Positions 60,240 to 64,000 of a DNA stretch of 64,000 bases are shown piece after piece. The stretch is from Mobula hypostoma (taxonomy: Eukaryota), in NCBI RefSeq assembly GCF_963921235.1, contig NC_086118.1, positions 12,836,001 to 12,900,000 of the forward strand, in the 5' to 3' direction. The number at the start of each line of letters is the position of its first letter. Within the stretch, counting starts at the first letter, position 1. Below the pieces are notes generated by a model. It did not search any database and had not been told where the DNA came from. It saw only the letters and a list, made by a program, of their open reading frames with translations. Made by a program: the position numbers and the translations under genes.

Positions 60240-61420
60240 GATGACTCAGGCATTTGACATGGCTCCCTCATTAGTCAGAATAAAGAGTGAACAGACATCA
60301 TGTTACAGCTCTACAAGATGCTGGTAAGGCCAAATTTAGAATATTGTATGCAATCATAGCTGCCCTGCTGTAGTTAGGATATCATTAAACCAGAGTGGGT
60401 ACCAAAAATATTTATGAGGATGTTACTGGCACTGGAGGAGTTACTTTATATACTTTATACTTTATTGTCACCAAACAATTGATACTAGAATGTATGATCA
60501 TCACAACAATATTTGATTCTGCGCCTCCTGCTCCCTGGAGTACAAATTGATAGTAAATATTAAAAATTTAAATTATAAATCATAATTAGAAAATAGAAGA
60601 TGGAAAGTAAGGTAGTGCAAAAAAAACCAAGATGCACGTCTGGATATTTCAAGGGTACGGCCCAGATCTGGGTCAGGATCCGTTCAGCAGTCTTATCACA
60701 GTTGGAAAGAAGCTGTTCCCAAATCTGGCCGTATGAGTCTTCAAGCTCCTGAGTCTTCTCCCGGACGGAAGAGGGACGAAAAGTATGTTGGGTGGGTGGG
60801 TCATTTCCTTGATTATCCTGGCAGCACTGCTCCGACAGCATGCGGTGTAAACTGAGTCTAAGGACAGAAGATTGGTTTGTGTGTTGTGTTGGGCTGTGTT
60901 CACGATCTTCTGCAGCTTCTTCCAGTCTTGGACAGGACAATTTCTGTACCAGGTTGTGATACACCCCACAAGAATGCTTTCTACGGAGTACCTATAAAAA
61001 TTAGTGAGGGTTAAGGGGACAGGCCAAATTTCTTTAGCTTTCACAGGAAATAAAGGCACTGCTGGGCCTTCTTGGCAGTGGACAGTGCTTGAGATATAAG
61101 GAGAGACTGGATAGGATCAGACTTTTTCCATTAGAGCATAGAAGCTTGAGGGGTGATCTTATGGAGATTTATAAATTACCAGGCATAGAGAAGGTGAAAA
61201 ACCACATTGTTTTCCCTAAGATATGGGAGTCCCAAACTACAGTGCCTAGGTTTAAGGTGAGAAGAAAAAGATTTAAAAGGGACTTGAGAGGAAATTTTTT
61301 GTGATGAGTATATGGAAGGACCTGCCAGAGAAAGTTGTACAATTATGGTATTTAAAAGGCGGTTTAACAGCTACATGAAATGGAAAGATTTTGATGAATA
61401 TGGGCCAAATGTAGGCTAAT
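60240..61420 (+). mobile_element. CR1 3' fragment interrupted by a Rex1 3' end (60442-61083, minus)
   Basis: YKERLDRIRLFPLEHRSLRGDLMEIYK; insert LTNFYRYSVESILVGCITTWY..LPSGRRLRS..NSFFP. Confidence 0.85.
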
Positions 61421-61569
61421 AGGACTAACTGAGATAGGCAGCTTGACCGGCAATGGATGAGTTGGGTTGATGGGCCTGTCTTTATCTTGTTTGGCTCCAT
61501 GACTCAATGCCCTAGATTCATGCACCTCAGAATATCAAAATGTGGGTACAATAGGCTATTGGCATTTAC

Positions 61570-63038
61570 ATAGAAATCCTACAGCACAATACAGGCCCAT
61601 TGGCCCACAATTCTGTGCCAAACATGTACTTAATTTAAAATTTACCTTGGGTTACCCATTGCCCTCTATTTTGCTAAGCTCCATGTACCTATCCAAGAGT
61701 GCCTCAAAAGTCCATATTGTATCCGCCTCCACCACCGCCACCAGCAGCCCATTCCACGCACTCACCACTCTCTGCATAAAAAAAATACTTACCCTAACAT
61801 CTCCTCTGTACCTACTTCCAAGCAGCTTAAAACTGTACCTTCTTTTGTTAGCCATTTCAGCCTTGGGGAAAAGCCTCTGACTATCTCCATGATCAATGCC
61901 TCTCATCATCTTATATGCCTCTATCAGGTCACCTCTCATCCTCCGTCGCTCCAAGGAGAAGGTCAAGTTCAGTCAATCTATTCTCATAAGGTATGCTCCC
62001 CAATCCAGGCAGCATCCTTGTAAATCTCCTCTGCACCCTTTCTATAGTTTCCACGTCCTTCCTGTACTGAGGTGACCAGAACTCAGCACAGTACTCCAAA
62101 TGGGGCCTGACCAAAATCCTATGTAGCTATAATATTACCTCTTGGCTCCTGAACTCAATACCACGGTTGATGAAGGCCAATACACCGTATGCCATCTTAA
62201 CCACAGAGTCAACCTGTGCAGCACTTCTGAGTGTCTTATGGACTTGGACCCCAAGATCCCTCTGATCCTCCAATTGCCAAGAGTTTTACCATTAATACTA
62301 TATTCTGCCATCATATTTGACCTAGCAAAATAAACCACCTCACACTTATCTGGGTTGAACTCCATCTGCCACTTCTCAACCCAGTTTTGTATCCTATCGA
62401 TGTCCCGCTGTAATCTCTGACAGCCCTTCAAACTATCCGCAACACCTTCAACTTTTGTGTCATCAGCAACTTTACGAACCCATCCCTCCACTTTCTCATC
62501 CAGGTCATTTATAAAAATCACGAAGAGAAGGGATCCCAGAACAGATCCCTGAGGCACACCACTGGTCACTGACCTCCATGAAGAATATGACCCATCTTTG
62601 TCTTCTGTGGGTAAGCCAGTTCTGGATCCACAAAGCAATGTCCCCTTGGATCCCATGCCTCCTTTCTTTCTCAATAAGCCTTGCATGGGGTACATTATCA
62701 AATAGCTTGCTGAAATCCATATACACTACATCTACTGCTCTACTTTCATCAATGTGTTTAGTCACATCCTCAAAAAATTCAATCACGCTTGTAAGGCATG
62801 ACCTGCCTTTGTCAAAGCTATGTTGACTATTCCTAATCATATTATGCCTCTCCAAAAGTTCTTAAATCCTGCCTCTCCAGATCTTCTCCATCAACTTACC
62901 AACCACTGAAGTAAGACTCACTGGTCTATATTTTCCTGGGCAATCTCTACTCCCTTTCTTGAAGGAGGGAACATCTGCAACCCTCCAATCCTCCAGAACT
63001 TCTCTCATCCCCACTGATGATGCAAAAATTATCGCCAG
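61570..63038 (-). mobile_element. CR1 LINE RT/3' half, degraded
   Basis: YRPVSLTSVVGKLME; VDVVYMDFSK.FD.VPH; SGVPQGSVLG.LLFVIFINDLD..ADDTK; VRPHLEYCAEFWSP. Confidence 0.92.
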
Positions 63039-63860
63039 TGTCATGGTCCGGTCCGTGAAGTCCACATTCCGATTCACGGTCCAGTCCATGGACTCAGGAC
63101 TCCGAATCTTCCAGCTGTTCCTTGTTTGAGTTAATCACAGGCACCTGATTCCCATCTTGGGGCTTGGAATATAAGAAGCCTTGGGGTTGAGTGTGGGCTG
63201 CTGGTGTCTTGTCAAGATCCCCTGGGAGCAACCTACTGGTGGAAGGCTAGAGCGGCCACTTGTCATCTTTAGACTGTGTTGGAGAACCATCGCTTCATGG
63301 AGCCTTGCTGTCGGTAGTCAGAGCTATCCTTGCAGTGTGGATTTGGCTGTTTCCCGGCCAGCTGAGTGGCTACCAGCCACTCCGAGCTAGGTAGGGATCT
63401 GGCTGTTTCTGTAGCCAGCTGAGGTTGCTGCCCGAACTGAGACTCGGAGCTACCCTGGAGAGGAGATGTAACTGTCTGTCGTTCTTTGGTGTTGGTCTCT
63501 TCTTGTCCTTGCCTCCGTGGGGTAAAGCAGGCTGTTTTGTCGTTGCCCTGTGGGGTGATCGGTCTTGTCTTGTCCTCATCTCTGTGGGGTAAGTCAGGCC
63601 GTTTTGCTGTTGCCCTGTGGGGGGGGGGGGTCCTGTCTTGTCTTGTCTTGTCTTGTCCTCGCCTCCATGGGATAAGTCAGGCCGTTTTTCCGTTGCCTTG
63701 CCGGGGGATCTGTCTTGTCTTGTCCTCGACTCTGTTGGGTAAGTCAGGCCATTCTGCCATTACCCAACAGGTGAACCTGTCCCACCTTGCTATGGAGAGG
63801 TTGAGTCCAGGCTGGTCCAAGTATAATTCCCGGCTCTATGTCTATGTACTGTCCTGTCTC
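63039..63860. mobile_element. LTR-like sequence with an internal ~60-70-bp tandem repeat (4 units, ~63500-63755)
   Basis: Begins tgtcatgg at the CR1 breakpoint; the unit gggtaagtcaggcc..tgtcttgtcttgtcctc is repeated. Confidence 0.5.
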
Positions 63861-63864
63861 ATGT

Positions 63865-64000
63865 TGGTGGATGAATTGAAAGTGCAGATTGTTATTAATG
63901 ATTATGATATAGTTGGGATCACAGAGACATGGCTCCAGGGTGACCAGGGATGGGAGCTCAACGTTCAGGGTTATTCAATATTCAGGAGGGATAGACATGA
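63865..64000 (+). mobile_element. CR1 ORF2 endonuclease fragment
   Basis: VDELKVQIVINDYDIVGITETWLQGDQGWELNVQGYSIFRRDRH. Confidence 0.85.

Overview
Vertebrate nuclear DNA, non-coding and very rich in transposons. The repeat inventory (CR1, Rex1/Babar, V-SINE, Deu-domain SINE, Penelope-like elements) suggests a cartilaginous fish, probably a ray; this is an inference. I could not identify any host gene, only weak exon candidates. The main feature is a young, complete Penelope-like retroelement (PLE, Neptune-type) at 29580-34326. It has a short inverted pLTR, a tandem pLTR, an RT + GIY-YIG ORF with one CGA>TGA stop, and a 14-bp target-site duplication (TSD). Each pLTR carries a minimal hammerhead ribozyme motif. 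The element sits antisense inside the RT core of a much older, decayed PLE. About a dozen short, non-autonomous pLTR/hammerhead derivatives lie across the window; several are fold-back hairpins with their own TSDs and a shared ~30-nt arm asymmetry. Also present are decayed I/Nimb, CR1, Rex1 and Tx1 LINEs, four Gypsy remnants, solo LTRs, hAT and Chapaev3-like DNA transposon derivatives, and a 2.9-kb compound (CA)n array. Family names come from motif recognition by eye, not database searches. Boundaries of degraded elements are approximate.
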